From positions 1 through 42,595 of the forward strand of contig CAYUVA010000041.1 in NCBI GenBank assembly GCA_964448115.1: a DNA stretch of 42,595 nucleotides, given 5' to 3'. The position numbers and the translations under genes were made by a program. The notes under the pieces are model-generated. The model made no database searches and was not told the origin of the DNA. It saw only the letters and a list, made by a program, of their open reading frames with translations. This document shows positions 40,607 to 42,595 of this stretch, in pieces. Source of the stretch: an uncultured bacterium (GTDB lineage Bacteria; CAYUVA01). Numbering within the stretch: the first letter of the stretch is position 1; each line of letters starts with the position of its first letter.

Positions 40607-41443
40607 TCAGACCATGTCCAGCCGCTCGACAATGATATCCCTGGTCTCGGAATGTTCTTTGATCATCTGCATAAAGGGTAGTGGATCCACAAAGCGGCTA
40701 AAAGGTGGGAACGAGTTATCCCAATGATGGGGTATGATCATCAGTGGCTGTATTTTGCTGGCAATCTCCCACGCTTTCTTGGTTATATTGGAATGTCCCT
40801 GCAGGGGCATCAGGCAAAGATCCACCCTTTTACGAAGGCGCTTGATACTATCGGCGGGCATGGCTGCGCTGGAGATGTCAAGGATGGTGAAGCTCTCGTT
40901 ATCGAACAAGAAAGCCTGGATGTCTAGCTTGGGATAACCCCTGAAATACCTGTTGAACATGCCAAGTAGCCTGCCTTTCGGTATCTTCGAGATCGTCTTG
41001 ATGACCAGCGGGGGATCAACCACGATATGTTTGCCCTGATATGCTGTTACCCGGTAGTCTCGGAATGTATATGTTCTAAGTGGTACCGTAGCTCGTTGCT
41101 GGTGTCTATCCATCTGCTTCAAAGAGCTAAGTAACAGTATATCATTGGGACCTAGAAGCAGCCCATTGCTCTTTTCTACCAGACGCGGCAGGTCAAATAT
41201 GTGATCGAAGTGTCCGTGCGCAATATAGAAGTGATCCACATGCTCAAGGTAATCGAGCGCCCTTGAGGTCGGCGGAATTGCCCCATCGAATCGGGAGATG
41301 AAGGGATCGATTGCAATCTCGGTCTCGCCGAAGCGGATCCACCAGCCAGCAGTCCCCAGCCACTTGATATGTCCATCATTGATGAACCGATAGATCAGAT
41401 CGATTTTGCTTGTATCTCCACCCATCTGAGCAAATATTACCAC
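40607..41443 (-). CDS. Metallo-beta-lactamase-fold hydrolase
   Basis: WLGTAG, IDPF, HGHFDH motif, IPHHWD. Start uncertain (GTG 41443 or ATG 41425). Confidence 0.85.
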   Translation of the reverse strand: MVIFAQMGGDTSKIDLIYRFINDGHIKWLGTAGWWIRFGETEIAIDPFISRFDGAIPPTSRALDYLEHVDHFYIAHGHFDHIFDLPRLVEKSNGLLLGPNDILLLSSLKQMDRHQQRATVPLRTYTFRDYRVTAYQGKHIVVDPPLVIKTISKIPKGRLLGMFNRYFRGYPKLDIQAFLFDNESFTILDISSAAMPADSIKRLRKRVDLCLMPLQGHSNITKKAWEIASKIQPLMIIPHHWDNSFPPFSRFVDPLPFMQMIKEHSETRDIIVERLDMV

Positions 41444-41537
41444 AATGTATTATCAAGTTCACGGAAAGTTTGGATGCAAAATATTCATCGAGCCGAATTC
41501 GATGCTCCAGGATACGCTCATGGGTCAAATCTTCAGA

Positions 41538-41622
41538 TGCCGGGAGCCGGGCTCGAACCGGCACGGCTTGTTAAACCGGGGGATTTTAAGTCCCCTGCGT
41601 CTGCCAATTCCGCCATCCCGGC
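41538..41622 (-). tRNA. tRNA-Leu (TAA), CCA not encoded
   Basis: Minus strand GCCGGGA...TCCCGGC-A acceptor, anticodon arm GGGGA-CTTAAAA-TCCCC, long variable arm, GGTTCGAGCCC T-loop. Confidence 0.97.
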
Positions 41623-41734
41623 AACAAGATATCTTTATTATTAACATACGAATAAATAAGTCAACGCAAGATAATGATCCTAAATTCTCGGTTTGAAATT
41701 AAGGGCGCGGGCATGATAAAAAGGGGGAAATTTC

Positions 41735-41818
41735 CCTCCAACTGTCATTCCCGCACCCCCCTCTCTGTCATTCCCGCGAATGCGGGAATCCAGTAACCCT
41801 GCAAAGTGATAGAGTGAT
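41735..41818 (+). repeat. REP/MITE-like repeat TGTCATTCCCGCGAATGCGGGAATCCAG with duplicated left arm and AGTGAT units
   Basis: TGTCATTCCCGC at 41743 and 41766; palindrome ATTCCCGC-GAAT-GCGGGAAT; homologous to 1-91 in inverted orientation. Confidence 0.75.
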
Positions 41819-42077
41819 GTGTTTACTGTTTCAGCGTTGAAATAGTCAGCCTTGCATCACCATCCTCTCTTCACGGTACCACGGTACCACTTTCCTCTTC
41901 GTGCCTTAGTGCCTTTGTGGTTCAATAACCCTCACGCCCCACTTCGTGGTTAGGTTTGAATGACCGCTCGCTCACGCTCACGGCTCGGATATTGTGTGGC
42001 TCACGGCAAGGTAGCGAAGTTGAGTTAAATCATTAGATTCCTTTATTTTAGTCATTAGTCATGAAAAAAATTTTTCG

Positions 42078-42107
42078 ATCCGCTGCTTCCCAAGGGAAGC
42101 AGCGGAT
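42078..42107. other. Perfect 14-bp inverted repeat (hairpin/cruciform; terminator and/or DGR target-recognition element)
   Basis: ATCCGCTGCTTCCC-AA-GGGAAGCAGCGGAT, followed on the minus strand by CGAAAAATTTTTTT. Confidence 0.8.
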
Positions 42108-42194
42108 ATAAGAACCTTTCCGCCAATATCCTCTGTGAACAGTAACGATCATTAAAAAGTGTAAAAAGTGTAAAAAGTAAAAAAGGGTAACATA

Positions 42195-42595
42195 TTAGTA
42201 GGCGCAACGAAAGCCGCTATTGTTGTTGCCATTAACAGGAGCGTTGCTGGTACGATAGGCGGAACGACAGCGATTGCCGTAGCTACCCCAAGAGCCGCCG
42301 CGCAACACACGGTAACTCCCCCTTGAAGGACCTTTAGGATCGTTTCTAGGGCTGTTGAAGTAGTAATCCCAATCATACCAGTCCTGGCACCACTCCCACA
42401 CATTGCCGTGCATGTCATACAAACCCCAGGCATTCGGCTTCTTCTGTCCAACTTGATGGGTTTTGCCACCTGAATTGCCTTTATACCATCCCATTTCATC
42501 GAGATTACCTGCATAAGGACCTGTCGTCCCTGCCCGGCAAGAGTATTCCCACTCCGCCTCGGTGGGGAGGCGGTAATTATGACCTGGAAATCGCT
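42195..42595 (-). CDS. Formylglycine-generating enzyme (FGE-sulfatase/SUMF1, CLec-fold) domain protein, 5' part outside the window; probable DGR target
   Basis: Frame is open to the window edge: YRLPTEAEWEYSCRAG...PNAWGLYDMHGNVWEWC.DWY...RVLRGGSW...CRSAYR...GFRC. Confidence 0.92.
   Translation of the reverse strand, partial: RFPGHNYRLPTEAEWEYSCRAGTTGPYAGNLDEMGWYKGNSGGKTHQVGQKKPNAWGLYDMHGNVWEWCQDWYDWDYYFNSPRNDPKGPSRGSYRVLRGGSWGSYGNRCRSAYRTSNAPVNGNNNSGFRCAY

Noticed and set aside
42152-42514. 120-aa alternative-frame ORF
   Set aside because: It overlaps the FGE-domain gene, whose frame carries all the conserved motifs.

Overview
A 42.6 kb chromosomal window from a probable diderm, anaerobic bacterium (BamD, LspA, MurA, Pta and a FadF/HdrF-like Fe-S protein are present). 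Most of it is housekeeping and cell-envelope genes: carAB, nfi, a YchF-family ATPase, bamD-rfbD plus two GDP-sugar SDRs, pta, ogt, prmC-murA-SGNH-lipA, two tRNA-Leu genes and a glycan/lipid cluster. Five things stand out. (1) Two unrelated secreted multidomain proteins, a metacaspase and a Kelch/DNRLRE-like protein 23 kb apart, end in the same Pro/Thr linker plus a homologous ~100-aa terminal domain (P-x4-AG-aromatic...GG...WPxLxV-x-D/E-stop), a candidate lineage-specific sorting or anchoring domain. (2) A partial FGE-sulfatase/CLec gene at the right edge has the codon signature of a diversity-generating retroelement variable repeat, with a 14-bp perfect hairpin downstream but no RT or template repeat in the window. 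(3) A papain-family gene stops 5 codons after its catalytic Cys. (4) lspA begins immediately after tRNA-Leu(CAA), and both tRNA-Leu genes share a 10-nt 3' trailer. (5) There is an IS1595-like remnant, and a composite REP-like repeat occurs in inverted orientation near both ends of the window. All family calls come from motif recognition by eye; no database searches were run.
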